Below the pieces are notes generated by a model that saw nothing but the letters and a program-made list of their open reading frames with translations, was not told the origin of the DNA and did not search any database. Shown one piece after another: positions 1 to 10,066 of a DNA stretch of 64,000 nt (its first letter is position 1; every line of letters starts with the position of its first letter). This DNA comes from Angustibacter luteus (lineage in GTDB: Bacteria > Actinomycetota > Actinomycetes > Actinomycetales > Angustibacteraceae), in assembly GCF_039541115.1 (NCBI RefSeq), contig NZ_BAABFP010000008.1:496001-560000 (forward strand). Reading direction: 5' to 3'. Position numbers and translations under genes: made by a program.

Positions 1-31
1 ACGCCGTCGAACCGGTTGAGGAGCCAGGCGC

Positions 32-682
32 GTGACCCGGGTGCTGATCGTGGACGACGAGGGGCTGGTTCGGGCCGGGCTGCGGATGATCCTGTCCGCC
101 GCCGAGGACCTCGACGTGGTCGGCGAGGCCGAGGACGGCGCGGACGCGGTGGACGCGGTCCGGGCCCACCGGCCGGACGTCGTCCTGATGGACATCCGGA
201 TGCCGCGGCTCGACGGGCTGGCCGCGACCCGCGAGGTGCTCGCCCTGGCGGACCCGCCGCGAGTCGTCGTGCTCACCACGTTCGACCTGGACGACTACGT
301 GTTCCGGGCGCTGGAGGCGGGGGCGTCCGGGTTCCTGCTCAAGGACACCCCGCCGCGCGAGCTGGTGCGCGCCGTCCAGGTGGTGGCGGCCGGCGAGGCG
401 ATGCTGTCGCCGGCCGTGACCCGGCGGCTGATCGGCCACTTCGCGGGCGGCGGGGCGTCGTCCCGGCAACGGTCCGCGCTGGCCCGGCTCGACGTGCTGA
501 CGGCCCGCGAGCGGGAGGTGCTCGTGGGGGTCGCTCGCGGGCTGTCCAACGCGGACATCGGCCGCGAGCTCTTCATGAGCGAGGCCACCGTGAAGGCGCA
601 CGTGTCCCGGCTGCTCACCAAGCTGGACGCCGGGAACCGGGTGCAGGTCGCGATCCTGGCGCACGACGCCGGGCTGCTCTGA
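32..682 (+). CDS. NarL/LuxR-family two-component response regulator
   Basis: Receiver domain (VLIVDD, DVVLMDIRMP) plus LuxR HTH (LTAREREVL...GLSNADIG...TVKAHVSRLLTKL). Confidence 0.95.
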   Translation: MTRVLIVDDEGLVRAGLRMILSAAEDLDVVGEAEDGADAVDAVRAHRPDVVLMDIRMPRLDGLAATREVLALADPPRVVVLTTFDLDDYVFRALEAGASGFLLKDTPPRELVRAVQVVAAGEAMLSPAVTRRLIGHFAGGGASSRQRSALARLDVLTAREREVLVGVARGLSNADIGRELFMSEATVKAHVSRLLTKLDAGNRVQVAILAHDAGLL

Positions 683-698
683 GCGGTCGGGTGGGCCC

Positions 699-1058
699 TC
701 AATCCCAGCCGAGGTCGTGCAGGCGGTCGTCGTCGATGCCGAAGTGGTGCGCGATCTCGTGGACGACCGTGACCGCGACCTCCTCTACCACCTGCTCCTC
801 GCTCGTGCAGGCGCGCAGCGTGGGGCCGCGGAAGATCATGATGCGGTCCGGCAGGGTGAGGCCGCCACCCCAGCCGAGGTCTCGCTCGGTGAGCGGGATG
901 CCGACGTAGAGGCCGAGCGTGTCGGACGGCTCGTCGGCGGGCGGCTCGTCCTCGACCAGGACGACCACGTTGCGCATCAGCGCGGTGAGCTCGGGCGGCA
1001 CGGAGTCCAGGCCGGCGGCGACGGCCGCCTCGAAGTCCTGCTCGCTCATCTCGACCAC
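699..1058 (-). CDS. Zincin-like metallopeptidase (minimal metalloprotease family)
   Basis: LGLYVG, LPDRIMIFRGP, VVHEIAHHFGIDD (HExxH). Confidence 0.9.
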   Translation of the reverse strand: MVEMSEQDFEAAVAAGLDSVPPELTALMRNVVVLVEDEPPADEPSDTLGLYVGIPLTERDLGWGGGLTLPDRIMIFRGPTLRACTSEEQVVEEVAVTVVHEIAHHFGIDDDRLHDLGWD

Positions 1059-1089
1059 GAGGTCAGTCTGCCGTGCGTCGTCGCGATCA

Positions 1090-1178
1090 CGTCGCGCGAA
1101 CAGGACTCGCGCGGCCCGGGCCCCCGCCCACGTGCTCGGGCGGTCGATCGCGGGCGGGTGAGTCCTGTTCGCGCGACG
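1090..1178. repeat. Perfect 19-bp inverted repeat with 51-nt spacer (terminator/REP-like hairpin)
   Basis: CGTCGCGCGAACAGGACTC 1090-1108 and its reverse complement at 1160-1178, directly after the aldo/keto reductase stop. Confidence 0.85.
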
Positions 1179-1179
1179 G

Positions 1180-2046
1180 TCAGATCGCGATGGCGTCGAG
1201 CGCGGCGAGCTCGTCGGCGGTGAGCTCGAGGTCGACGGCCCGCACCGAGTCCAGGATCGTCTCGGGCCGGCTCGAGCCCGGGATCGGGATGACCCACGGC
1301 GACTTGGCGAGCTCCCAGGCCAGGGCGACCTGCTGCGGGCTCACCCCGTGCGCGTCGGCCACCTCGGCGAACGGCGCGTACGACGAGCCGAGGTCGGCCG
1401 CCTTCGTGATGCCGCCGAGCGGGCTCCACGGCAGGAAGGCGATGCCCAGCTCGTCGCAGAGCTGCAGCTCGGGCTCGCTGGAGCGGAACCGCGGCGAGAA
1501 CTGGTTCTGCACGCTGGCCAGCCGGCCACCGAGGATCGAGCGGGCCAGGGCGATCTGGTCCGGGTTCGCGTTCGAGATGCCGGCCTGGGCGATGACGCCC
1601 TCGTCGAGCAGGTCGCGGACGGCGCCCACGGAGTCCTCGTAGGCGACGTCCGGGTCCGGGCGGTGGAACTGGTAGAGGTCGATCCGGTCGACGCCCAGGC
1701 GCTTGAGCGAGTCCTGGACGGCGCTGCGCAGGTGCTCGGGCGAGCCGTCCTGGGTCCACGAACCGTCGCCCGGTCGCAGGTGGCCGCCCTTGGTGGCGAC
1801 CAGGATCGTGTCGGGGTCGCCGGACCAGGTGCGCAGCGCCTCGGCGATGAGCTCCTCGTTGTGTCCGACGTCGTCCGCGTGCAGGTGGTAGGCGTCCGCG
1901 GTGTCGATCAGGGTGACGCCGGCGTCGAGCGCGGCGTGGATGGTGCGGAGCGCCCGGTCGCGGTCCGGACGGCCCTCGATCGACAGCGGCATGCCACCGA
2001 GACCGATCGCGGAGACGGTGGCGGTGCCGAGGGTGCGGGTCTGCAT
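1180..2046 (-). CDS. Aldo/keto reductase
   Basis: IGLGGM, DTADAY, ATKGG, SLKRLGVDRIDLYQFH, PIPGSS motifs. Confidence 0.95.
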   Translation of the reverse strand: MQTRTLGTATVSAIGLGGMPLSIEGRPDRDRALRTIHAALDAGVTLIDTADAYHLHADDVGHNEELIAEALRTWSGDPDTILVATKGGHLRPGDGSWTQDGSPEHLRSAVQDSLKRLGVDRIDLYQFHRPDPDVAYEDSVGAVRDLLDEGVIAQAGISNANPDQIALARSILGGRLASVQNQFSPRFRSSEPELQLCDELGIAFLPWSPLGGITKAADLGSSYAPFAEVADAHGVSPQQVALAWELAKSPWVIPIPGSSRPETILDSVRAVDLELTADELAALDAIAI

Positions 2047-2112
2047 GGAGGTCCTCTCATAGCGTCTACTGACGGCAGCGACAGCCCCTTGGGCCGCTCG
2101 GATGTTCCCGCT

Positions 2113-2142
2113 TTGGAGAACTCGGCAGGTGTCCCCTATGCT
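2113..2142 (+). promoter_or_regulatory. Putative sigma70-type promoter of the tRNA cluster
   Basis: TTGGAG (2113-2118), 18-bp spacer, TATGCT (2137-2142). Confidence 0.5.
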
Positions 2143-2183
2143 GAACCGGTCCTCGACGCTGGCACGTTCGGAGGCGTCACGAC

Positions 2184-2256
2184 GCCCCCATCGTCTAGCG
2201 GCCTAGGACACCGCCCTTTCAAGGCGGCAGCGCGGGTTCGAATCCCGTTGGGGGTA
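2184..2256 (+). tRNA. tRNA-Glu(TTC)
   Basis: GCCCCCA/TGGGGGT acceptor stem, CCGCC-CTTTCAA-GGCGG anticodon arm, GGTTCGAATCC T arm. Confidence 0.96.
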
Positions 2257-2297
2257 CTACCTGCGCTGTCGGTACGATCGGTCGGCGCAGTTCATTT

Positions 2298-2374
2298 GGC
2301 CCCGTAGCTCAGTTGGTTAGAGCGCCGCCCTGTCACGGCGGAGGTCGCCGGTTCGAGTCCGGTCGGGGTCGCCA
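2298..2374 (+). tRNA. tRNA-Asp(GTC)
   Basis: GGCCCCG/CGGGGTC acceptor, anticodon loop CTGTCAC, GGTTCGAGTCC, encoded CCA. Confidence 0.97.
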
Positions 2375-2407
2375 CGGTTTGTCCTGCTCGCCCAGGGCAG
2401 GCTGTAG

Positions 2408-2484
2408 GGCCAGGTAGCTCAGTTGGTACGAGCGTCCGACTGAAAATCGGAAGGTCGGCGGTTCGACCCCGCCCCTGGCCACCA
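2408..2484 (+). tRNA. tRNA-Phe(GAA)
   Basis: GGCCAGG/CCTGGCC acceptor, TCCGA-CTGAAAA-TCGGA anticodon arm, encoded CCA. Confidence 0.97.
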
Positions 2485-2507
2485 GCACCACCGCACGCGC
2501 CAGGGCC

Positions 2508-4130
2508 TCAGGCCGGCGCCTCCCGGGCGGCGACTACTGCCGGTTGCTCGGTCGGCAGCTTGCGGGTGAAGAACAACCCGACCAGCGCGATCAGCGCGAG
2601 GATCCCCAGGGCCGCCCGCAGGCCGTCCAGCCGCGCCGCGGCGTTCTCCTTCACCACGGCATCGGACGTCGCCGCGGGGACCCCTGCGTCGTCCAGGGCC
2701 GTCCGCAGCTGGGCGTCGGAGACGAACGGGATCCCCGCCGCCAGCTGCGTCGTGGCGGTGGCCGAGACCTCGGCCGGCACGTCGGGGTTGGCCTGGATGC
2801 CACTGAGGAATGACGTGGTCAGCGCCGAGATCAGCAGGGCGCCCGCCAGGGCGGTGCCGATCGAGGCCCCCAGGTTGGTGACGGTGTTCTGCAACCCGCC
2901 GACCTCGCCGGCCTCCTCGTCCGGCACCGACGACACCGTGACGCTGCCCAGCTGCGAGGCCAGGGCGCCGATGCCCAGCCCGGCCAGCAGCATCGGCCAC
3001 GTCACGATCTCGGCGCCGGCATCGGCGTCCAGGGCGACGAGCATCACCACGATGCCGGCGAACAGGGCCAGGATCCCGAGCTGGACGACCCGCCGCGGCG
3101 AGGCGTGCGGGAAGACCTTGGGGATGCCGGCCGCGGCCACGAGCAGCGTGATCGAGAGCGGCAGGAGCCGCACGCCCGTGGCGATGGCCGACAGACCGAG
3201 CGCGACCGACAGGAACAGCGGCACCGCGAAGAACAGCCCGGCCTGCAGCAGGTACTGGAAGAAGAACGCGGTCAGACCGCCGCGCAGCTGCGGGTTGCCG
3301 AGGATCGCGGGATCGACCAGCGGCTCCTGGTCGCGGGACAGGCGGCGGTTCTCCCAGCCGATGAAGACCCACAGGACGACGCCACCGGCCAGGCTCAGCC
3401 AGATCGCCGGCGAGAGGCCGAGCCACTCCGGGGCGGACGGCTTGGCGCGGACGAAACCCCACTCGCCCGAGCGCAGGATCCCGAACACGATCAGGCCGAG
3501 GCCAAGGGCGGACAGCGCCGTACCCACCAGGTCGAGGCGAACCCGCCCCTGCGGCTTGACGTCGGCCATGCGCCGGCCGACGGCGAGGATCGCGATCACG
3601 ATGAACACCTCGGCCACGAACACCAGCCGCCACGACAGGTACGTCGTGAAGAGACCGCCGATCAGCGGTCCGGCGGCGACGGCGATCGCGCCGGCCGACG
3701 CCACCAGACCGTAGGCCCGGGGCCGCTCCGCCCGCTCGAAGTTGGAGGCCACCAGGGCGACGATGGCGGGCATGATCAGGGCGGCGCCGATGCCCTCGAG
3801 TAGCGACCAGCCGAGGATCAGCACGGTGAGGTTGGGGGCGAGCGAGGTGACCAGGGACCCGCAGCCGTAGATCACGCAGCCGATGCCGAACGCGCGCTTG
3901 CGTCCGACGATCTGGCCGATCTTGCCGCCGGTGATCATCAAGGACGCCATGACCAGCGTGTACAAGGTGATGGCGGTCTGGATGCCCGTGACCGTCGTCC
4001 CCAGGTCCTGCGCGACCGTGGCGATCGACACGTTCATCACCGAGCTGTCCAGCGTCATCAGGAACTGGCCTGATGCCAGTGTCAGCAGGACGACGCCCGC
4101 CGCACCCTTCGTGGCCGCTTCGCTCTGCAT
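2508..4130 (-). CDS. DHA2/EmrB-type MFS transporter
   Basis: Many hydrophobic segments, LDSSVMNVS, GGKIGQIVGRKR; start at ATG 4130 with TACGTT -10 six nt upstream. Confidence 0.9.
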   Translation of the reverse strand: MQSEAATKGAAGVVLLTLASGQFLMTLDSSVMNVSIATVAQDLGTTVTGIQTAITLYTLVMASLMITGGKIGQIVGRKRAFGIGCVIYGCGSLVTSLAPNLTVLILGWSLLEGIGAALIMPAIVALVASNFERAERPRAYGLVASAGAIAVAAGPLIGGLFTTYLSWRLVFVAEVFIVIAILAVGRRMADVKPQGRVRLDLVGTALSALGLGLIVFGILRSGEWGFVRAKPSAPEWLGLSPAIWLSLAGGVVLWVFIGWENRRLSRDQEPLVDPAILGNPQLRGGLTAFFFQYLLQAGLFFAVPLFLSVALGLSAIATGVRLLPLSITLLVAAAGIPKVFPHASPRRVVQLGILALFAGIVVMLVALDADAGAEIVTWPMLLAGLGIGALASQLGSVTVSSVPDEEAGEVGGLQNTVTNLGASIGTALAGALLISALTTSFLSGIQANPDVPAEVSATATTQLAAGIPFVSDAQLRTALDDAGVPAATSDAVVKENAAARLDGLRAALGILALIALVGLFFTRKLPTEQPAVVAAREAPA

Positions 4131-4275
4131 CGGGTCAACGTACTGGAACCGCAAACCCGGCAAGTCTGGACGAACCCGCCGCACAGGTCTAGCGTCCGGG
4201 ACGACCCCTCGTGTGACACCGGCCAGAGCACTTGGTCCTTCGCCACACTCGTCCGTTACCGCGAGGAGGACTCCC

Positions 4276-5916
4276 ATGTTCCGCCTGATCCCCCGTGCCC
4301 ACGGCCGGCACCTCGTCCTGGGCGCCGCCACGGCGCTGGTCCTGGCCGGCGCGAGCCTGCCGATCGCCTCGGCGTTCGGCACCGACGGCCACCACGGAGG
4401 TGGCGGCGCCAAGATCACGAACCTGGTCGTGATCTACCAGGAGAACCACAGCTTCGACAACCTCTTCGGCAGCTGGGGGCCGGTCGGCGGGCAGCAGGTC
4501 GACGGCTTGGCCGGCGCCACCGCGCAGCACCGGACCCAGGTCGCCCAGGACGGGACGGCGTACGGCTGCCTCCGGCAGGTCGACGTCAACCTCACCGCAC
4601 CACCGCTGGACGGCTGGTGCCACGACCCGGCGCACGGCGTTCCGCAGAGCGCGTTCGCGAACGGCCCCTGGACGATCGACGACGTCATCGGCCCCACCGA
4701 CACCACCTGCCCGGCGCCCGGCCAGTCCGCTCCCAACGGCGTGCTGAAGGGGTCCGGCCTGCCCGGCGGCTGCACCCGGGACCTCGTGCACCGCTTCTAC
4801 CAGGAGCAGTACCAGCTGAACGGTGGCCGGCAGAACCGGTACGTCACCGGCAGCGACGCCGTCGGCCTGACGATGGGGACCTACGCCACGACGTCCCTGC
4901 CGATCTGGACGTACCTGCACAGCCGCGGCGCGCCGAACTACGTCGTGGCGGACCGGTTCTTCCAGGGCGCCTTCGGCGGTTCGTTCCTGAACCACCAGTA
5001 CCTCATCGCCGCCCGAGCACCCGTCGACACCAGCGGTGGGACGTTCGGTGGCGCCGCGAACTCGGTGGTGGATGCCAACGGCATGCCCAACACGTACCCC
5101 CTGTACACACCGGTGGGCCCGGTGAAGGACAGCCAGCTGACGCAGTCCTGCCGAGATGGTTCGACGGCTGACTTCGCCAAGGCGTGCGGCAACTACGCCG
5201 TCAACACCGTGCAGCCCGCATCGCCGCCGTTCGGCAGCGGGGCGAAGATCCCGCTGGTGGACAACGCGACTTACCCGAACATCGGTGACCGGCTCTCGGC
5301 CGCGAACGTCAGCTGGGCCTGGTACTCCGGCGGGTGGGACGACGCGGAGGCCGGCCACCCCGGACCGTTGTTCCAGTACCACCACCAACCGTTCAACTAC
5401 TTCGCCGCGTACGCGCCGGGCCAGCCCGGGCGGGCACACCTGCAGGACGAGACGAAGTTCGTCGCCGCGGCCAAGAAGGGGAGGCTCCCGACGGTCAGCT
5501 TCGTCAAGCCCTACGGCGCGGAGAACGAGCACCCCGGCTACGCCAGCGAGCCGGACGGCAGCGACCACCTCGTCGACCTGATCAAGGCGGTCCAGCGCGG
5601 CCCGCAGGCCAAGCACACCGTGATCGTGGTGACGTACGACGAGTTCGGCGGGCAGTGGGACCACGTGTCGCCGCCCGGCCCGGGCAGCAGCACCCCTGGG
5701 ACGCACGACTCGTTCGGTCCGGGCACGCGCATCCCGGCTCTGGTCCTGGGTGCCGCGTTCCGGCACTCGGGGGTCGACCACACGAGCTACGACACGACCT
5801 CGATCATGGCCAGCATCGAGCGAGCCCTGGGCCTGCAGCCGGTGAGCTCGCGAGACGCGCAGGTGGCGGACCTCGCACCGGCCCTGAGGATCGGCGGCGT
5901 GCGCTTCAGCCGCTGA
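4276..5916 (+). CDS. Secreted phosphoesterase (acid phosphatase AcpA / phospholipase C family)
   Basis: Signal peptide, VVIYQENHSFDNLFG, TYDEFGGQWDHV, GPGTRIP; GAGGAGG RBS. Confidence 0.9.
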   Translation: MFRLIPRAHGRHLVLGAATALVLAGASLPIASAFGTDGHHGGGGAKITNLVVIYQENHSFDNLFGSWGPVGGQQVDGLAGATAQHRTQVAQDGTAYGCLRQVDVNLTAPPLDGWCHDPAHGVPQSAFANGPWTIDDVIGPTDTTCPAPGQSAPNGVLKGSGLPGGCTRDLVHRFYQEQYQLNGGRQNRYVTGSDAVGLTMGTYATTSLPIWTYLHSRGAPNYVVADRFFQGAFGGSFLNHQYLIAARAPVDTSGGTFGGAANSVVDANGMPNTYPLYTPVGPVKDSQLTQSCRDGSTADFAKACGNYAVNTVQPASPPFGSGAKIPLVDNATYPNIGDRLSAANVSWAWYSGGWDDAEAGHPGPLFQYHHQPFNYFAAYAPGQPGRAHLQDETKFVAAAKKGRLPTVSFVKPYGAENEHPGYASEPDGSDHLVDLIKAVQRGPQAKHTVIVVTYDEFGGQWDHVSPPGPGSSTPGTHDSFGPGTRIPALVLGAAFRHSGVDHTSYDTTSIMASIERALGLQPVSSRDAQVADLAPALRIGGVRFSR

Positions 5917-7381
5917 CCTCGCGAAAGACGTTCTCCGACAACCAGATCGTCAGGTCGGCCCACGTGCCGGCGCCGAACGTGAAGTCGTGGTACTGGTACA
6001 TCGCGTCCTCGGCGGTGAGCCCGACCACCCGGGTGGAGACGACGTTCAGCATGTGCTCGAGCTCGGGGTAGACCCGGACGGTCAACGACTGGCCGGCGGA
6101 GCGTACGGCTTCGGTGATGCGGGCGATGGAGACGTCCACCGGCACGCTCGTGTCGACCTCGCCGTACTGCAGGAACACCGGGCAGCCGATCCGCGCGTAG
6201 TCGTCCGCCGGGTCGTACGCCAGCTGCGGGTCGCGCTCACCTGCCAGCATCGGCACCAGCTCGTCGACCGGCACCAGCGGCGGGATCGGCGAGAGCATCG
6301 GGTTCTGCGCCACGTACCCCGGCACCTCGTAGCGGTCCAGGTCCGGCGCGGCGGCGACGTCGTCCAGGGCCGCACCCAAGCGCCCGGTCAGCTCGTCGGT
6401 CGGGCCACCCGCGACGATCGCGAACAGGCTCCGCCAGGCCTGCGCCACGGCCACCAGCGTCGGCTCGCTGACGCCGACGTCCCGCAGCACCTTCGTGCGC
6501 CGGTGCACCTCCGACTCCGCCATGCTGACTCCGGGTGATCCGGCCCCGACGACGAACGCGGCCGGACGCCGGGCGGCGACCATCGGCACGGACCACATGC
6601 CGTTCGAGAAGCCGGCCAGGCCGATCCGCGCCGGGTCGACGTCCGGCTGGTCGGACAGCACCTGCATGGCGGCCTCGGCCGCGTCGGCCTGGTCGTAGAT
6701 CGACGGGTCCGGCGGACCACCCGAGTCGCCGTGCCCGGCCTTGTCGTAGTTCAGCACGCCGACCCCGGCGCGCAGCAGGGCCCAGGACTGAATCCGGCAG
6801 AAGTCCCGCTGCCCACCAGCCGCACCGTGCAGGACGACGGCGGCCGGGTGCGGTCCGGGACCGGCCGGGAGGACGACGGTGCCGGCGTACGTCGCGCCGG
6901 CGACCTCGAAGCCGACTGCACGCTCGTGCCAGCGTGACGTCCGGGCCAGGGTGGCGGCAGCCGAGGGCCCGGTGAGGTGCAGCTGGTCGTCCGCGACCTC
7001 GAGGAAGACCGCGTCCTCGGTCAGGAAGGCGTTCTCGCCCAACGGGTAGGCCCGGGTGACCCGGTCACCCTCGGCCAGCAGCACCATCGGCTCACCGAAG
7101 TACGGCTCGGGGACCTGGGTCAGCAGCACCTGCCGGTCGTCGTCGCCGTACCAGCCGCTGAGCCCGGCCATCCGCGACGGATGCGCCGAGACCGGTCGCA
7201 GCACGACGCCGTCCAGCACCGGCACACCGTCCCGCCAGACAGCGGGTTCGGGGCTGCGATAGCGGAAGCCCGCGGGCCGGTCCACGAGCAGCTCGTCGGC
7301 GCCGGACGCCGACGGACGCGCGAGCACGACCCCGCCGTCCGCCACGCCGATCCAGGCTCGGCCCGCCATCGCCTCGCTCAC
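5906..7381 (-). CDS. Alpha/beta-fold hydrolase (S9/S15-like)
   Basis: YDKAGHGDS, GFSNG nucleophile elbow, YGEVDTSVP, YPELEH. Confidence 0.8.
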   Translation of the reverse strand: MSEAMAGRAWIGVADGGVVLARPSASGADELLVDRPAGFRYRSPEPAVWRDGVPVLDGVVLRPVSAHPSRMAGLSGWYGDDDRQVLLTQVPEPYFGEPMVLLAEGDRVTRAYPLGENAFLTEDAVFLEVADDQLHLTGPSAAATLARTSRWHERAVGFEVAGATYAGTVVLPAGPGPHPAAVVLHGAAGGQRDFCRIQSWALLRAGVGVLNYDKAGHGDSGGPPDPSIYDQADAAEAAMQVLSDQPDVDPARIGLAGFSNGMWSVPMVAARRPAAFVVGAGSPGVSMAESEVHRRTKVLRDVGVSEPTLVAVAQAWRSLFAIVAGGPTDELTGRLGAALDDVAAAPDLDRYEVPGYVAQNPMLSPIPPLVPVDELVPMLAGERDPQLAYDPADDYARIGCPVFLQYGEVDTSVPVDVSIARITEAVRSAGQSLTVRVYPELEHMLNVVSTRVVGLTAEDAMYQYHDFTFGAGTWADLTIWLSENVFREVSG

Positions 7382-7388
7382 TGGTCGG

Positions 7389-7724
7389 TCACTCTACGCA
7401 GAACTCGTTGCCCTCGGGGTCGGCCATGACGACCAGGTCGTCCCCCGGCCGCAGCACGATGGCACCGAGCAGGGCCAGCCGGGCGACCTCGTCCTCGACC
7501 CGTCCCGGTGCGCGGAGGTCGAAGTGCATCCGGTTCTTCGCGATCTTGGGCTCCGGCACGGCGGCGAACCACAGGCTCGGCCCACCCCAGCCCGCCGGCT
7601 CGACGAACGCGCGCTCGCTCGTCGACTCCTCGTCGACGTCCGAACCCAGGGCCGCGGCCCAGAACGTCGCCATCAGCATCGCGTCGGCGCAGTCGAACGT
7701 CACGGACTTGATGAAGGTACCCAT
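7389..7724 (-). CDS. VOC/glyoxalase family protein
   Basis: TFDCAD, KNRMHFDL, MADPEGNEFC. Confidence 0.9.
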   Translation of the reverse strand: MGTFIKSVTFDCADAMLMATFWAAALGSDVDEESTSERAFVEPAGWGGPSLWFAAVPEPKIAKNRMHFDLRAPGRVEDEVARLALLGAIVLRPGDDLVVMADPEGNEFCVE

Positions 7725-7746
7725 GTGGCCAGGCTAGGCCGGTGCG

Positions 7747-8223
7747 CTAGGCGACGTCGGCGCCGCTGTGCTCGTCCTCGTCCGAGCGGTCCACCCGGCA
7801 CCAGCGCTCGACGAGCCAGCCGACCACCCAGAGGCCGACCGCACAGAGCAGGGCGATGCCGGCCCGGACCGCCAGTGAGCGGCGCGGCTCGACGTCCAGC
7901 GTGGGCAGCAGGGCGAGGACCTGGGCCGCGTACCACCCGGACAGCAGCGCCCCGCAGTACTGGGACGCCTTAGCCAGGACGACGGTGCGGGCCGCGCGCA
8001 GCGGGTCCAGCGGGCGCAGCCGGCTGCCCCTGGTCCACTGCCGCACCGGCCAGCCGAAGGCCAGGACGACACCGGCCAGCAGCACCATGACGCCCGGCGC
8101 CGTCCAGGGCAGGCCGGGCAGCTCGTGACCGCCGGACATCCACAGCCGCAGGACGATCCATGCCACCACCGCCACCCCGACGGCGATCGCGACCAGCGGC
8201 AGCGTCCGGGTCGGCTTCAGCAC
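7747..8223 (-). CDS. DUF3180-type membrane protein of the folate cluster
   Basis: Four TM segments, LDPLRAARTVVLAKAS, ERWCRV; position after folK; start approximate. Confidence 0.8.
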   Translation of the reverse strand: MLKPTRTLPLVAIAVGVAVVAWIVLRLWMSGGHELPGLPWTAPGVMVLLAGVVLAFGWPVRQWTRGSRLRPLDPLRAARTVVLAKASQYCGALLSGWYAAQVLALLPTLDVEPRRSLAVRAGIALLCAVGLWVVGWLVERWCRVDRSDEDEHSGADVA

Positions 8224-8756
8224 GACCTCACCCCGTCCCGGTCGGCCGCCTCGGCGAGCAGGTCGGCCACGGGCCGCACGCTCCCGTCCGGCAGCCTCAG
8301 CTGCGCGTCCGGCACGAGCTGGGACCAGGGCGACAGCACGAACGCCCGCTCGTGCGCCCTCGGGTGCGGCAAGGTGAGCGCCGGGTCGGCACTGACCACC
8401 TCGGACGTCGACCCCGGGCGTCCGTAGGCGATGACATCCACGTCCAGCGTCCGTGCACCCCAACGGACCTCGCGTTCGCGACCGTGCTGGCGCTCGACCT
8501 CGTGGCAGACGTCGAGCAGCTCGAACGGCCCGAGGGACGTCCGCGCCGTCGCCACCAGGTTGAGGTAGTCGGGCTGCTCCGGACCGCCCACCGGGTCGGT
8601 CTCGACCAGCGGCGAAACACCTTGCACCGCAACGCCTTCCGTCTCGTCCAGCTCGGCCAGGGCGGCGCGCAGCGTGCCCTCCCGGTCGCCCAGATTGGCG
8701 CCGAGCGCCAGCACCACCTCGACGTCACCGCCGACCGGGCCCACGAGGGGGCTCAC
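8217..8756 (-). CDS. folK: 2-amino-4-hydroxy-6-hydroxymethyldihydropteridine diphosphokinase
   Basis: LALGANLGDR, QPDYLN, RWGARTLDVDVI, LPHPRAHERAFVL. Confidence 0.96.
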   Translation of the reverse strand: MSPLVGPVGGDVEVVLALGANLGDREGTLRAALAELDETEGVAVQGVSPLVETDPVGGPEQPDYLNLVATARTSLGPFELLDVCHEVERQHGREREVRWGARTLDVDVIAYGRPGSTSEVVSADPALTLPHPRAHERAFVLSPWSQLVPDAQLRLPDGSVRPVADLLAEAADRDGVRSC

Positions 8757-9166
8757 GACTGCCACCGCCGCACGGACACGGTCACGTCGTCGAACGGCAC
8801 CGTCACGGGCGCCTGCGGCTTGTGCACCGTGACGTCGGCGGCCACCACCAGCGGCGAGGCCAGCGCGACCAGCGCGATCCGCTCTGCCAGCGTCTCGACC
8901 AGCTCCACCGGCTCGCCCGCGACCACGGCCACGACCTGCTCGGCCAGCTCGCCGTAGTGCACGGTCCGGGTCAGGTCGTCGCCCGCCGCCGCCGGCCGAA
9001 CGTCCAGGTGCAGCACGACGTCGACGACGAAGTCCTGGCCGAGCGCCTTCTCGAAGTCGAGCACCCCGTGCCGCCCGCGGGCCCGCAGCCCATGCAGCGC
9101 AACGCGATCCAGCGGTCTCCCGTCGGCGTCCAGCACCGGTCCGGCGTCCGGGCCGACCCCACTCAC
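8753..9166 (-). CDS. folB: Dihydroneopterin aldolase
   Basis: GRHGVLDFEK..GQDFVVDV, TVHYGELA, VHKPQAP; GTGA overlaps with both neighbours. Confidence 0.95.
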   Translation of the reverse strand: MSGVGPDAGPVLDADGRPLDRVALHGLRARGRHGVLDFEKALGQDFVVDVVLHLDVRPAAAGDDLTRTVHYGELAEQVVAVVAGEPVELVETLAERIALVALASPLVVAADVTVHKPQAPVTVPFDDVTVSVRRWQS

Positions 9167-10065
9167 CGGTGCCTCCCCGCGCTCACGGCCATGCCCGGTG
9201 CTCCCGACCTGGTGGCCTGCACGACGCGGACCGCATCGGCGTTGCCCGGGACGTCGTGCACGCGAACGCACCAGGAGCCGGCCATCGCCGCGATCACGGT
9301 GGTCGCGACGGTCGCGGCCTCGCGCTCCGGCACGGCCCGCGGCTCGCCGTCCGGCTCGGACAGCAAGGAGCCCAGGAACCGCTTGCGGGACGCGCCGACC
9401 AGCAGCGGCCGCCCCAGCACGGCCAGCTCGTCCAAGCGAGCCAGTACCGCCCAGTTGTGCTCGGCCTGCTTGGCGAACCCCAGTCCCGGGTCGAGCACGA
9501 GCTGCTCCGGGGCCACCCCGGCGTCCACCAGGGCGTCGATCCGACCACCCAGCTCGCGCACGACGTCCGTGACCACGTCGTCGTACTGCGCCAGCGCGTT
9601 CATGGTCGCTGAGTGGCCGCGCCAGTGCATGACAACGAACGGCGCGCCGGAAGCCGCCACGACCCCCGCCATCGCCTCGTCGGCCAGCCCGCCGCTCACG
9701 TCGTTGACCATCACCGCGCCGGCGTCGAGCGCCTGCCGAGCCACCTCGGCGCGCATGGTGTCGACCGACACCAGATGACCTTCCGTCGCCAGTGCGGCGA
9801 CCACCGGCAGCACCCGGCGCAGCTCCTCGTCGACGTCCACCCGCTCGGCGCCGGGTCGGGTCGACTCGCCACCCACGTCCACCAGGTCGGCGCCCTGGGC
9901 GACCAGGTCCCGACCGTGCTGGACGGCGGCACCGGCGTCGAGCCACAGCCCACCGTCGCTGAACGAGTCCGGGGTCACGTTGACGACACCCATGACCAGG
10001 CACCGTGTGCGGGCGGTGTCCCGCAACGCCTCGGGCAGACCGGCGACGACCGTCTCGGCCGGCAC
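9163..10065 (-). CDS. folP: Dihydropteroate synthase
   Basis: MGVVNVTPDSFSDGG, DVGGESTRPGA, DPGLGFAK, GASRKRF, RVHDV. Confidence 0.97.
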   Translation of the reverse strand: MPAETVVAGLPEALRDTARTRCLVMGVVNVTPDSFSDGGLWLDAGAAVQHGRDLVAQGADLVDVGGESTRPGAERVDVDEELRRVLPVVAALATEGHLVSVDTMRAEVARQALDAGAVMVNDVSGGLADEAMAGVVAASGAPFVVMHWRGHSATMNALAQYDDVVTDVVRELGGRIDALVDAGVAPEQLVLDPGLGFAKQAEHNWAVLARLDELAVLGRPLLVGASRKRFLGSLLSEPDGEPRAVPEREAATVATTVIAAMAGSWCVRVHDVPGNADAVRVVQATRSGAPGMAVSAGRHR

Positions 10066-10066
10066 G

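Noticed and set aside
2184..7724. tRNA-anchored genomic island
   Set aside because: No integrase and no duplicated tRNA 3' end seen; composition matches the core region.
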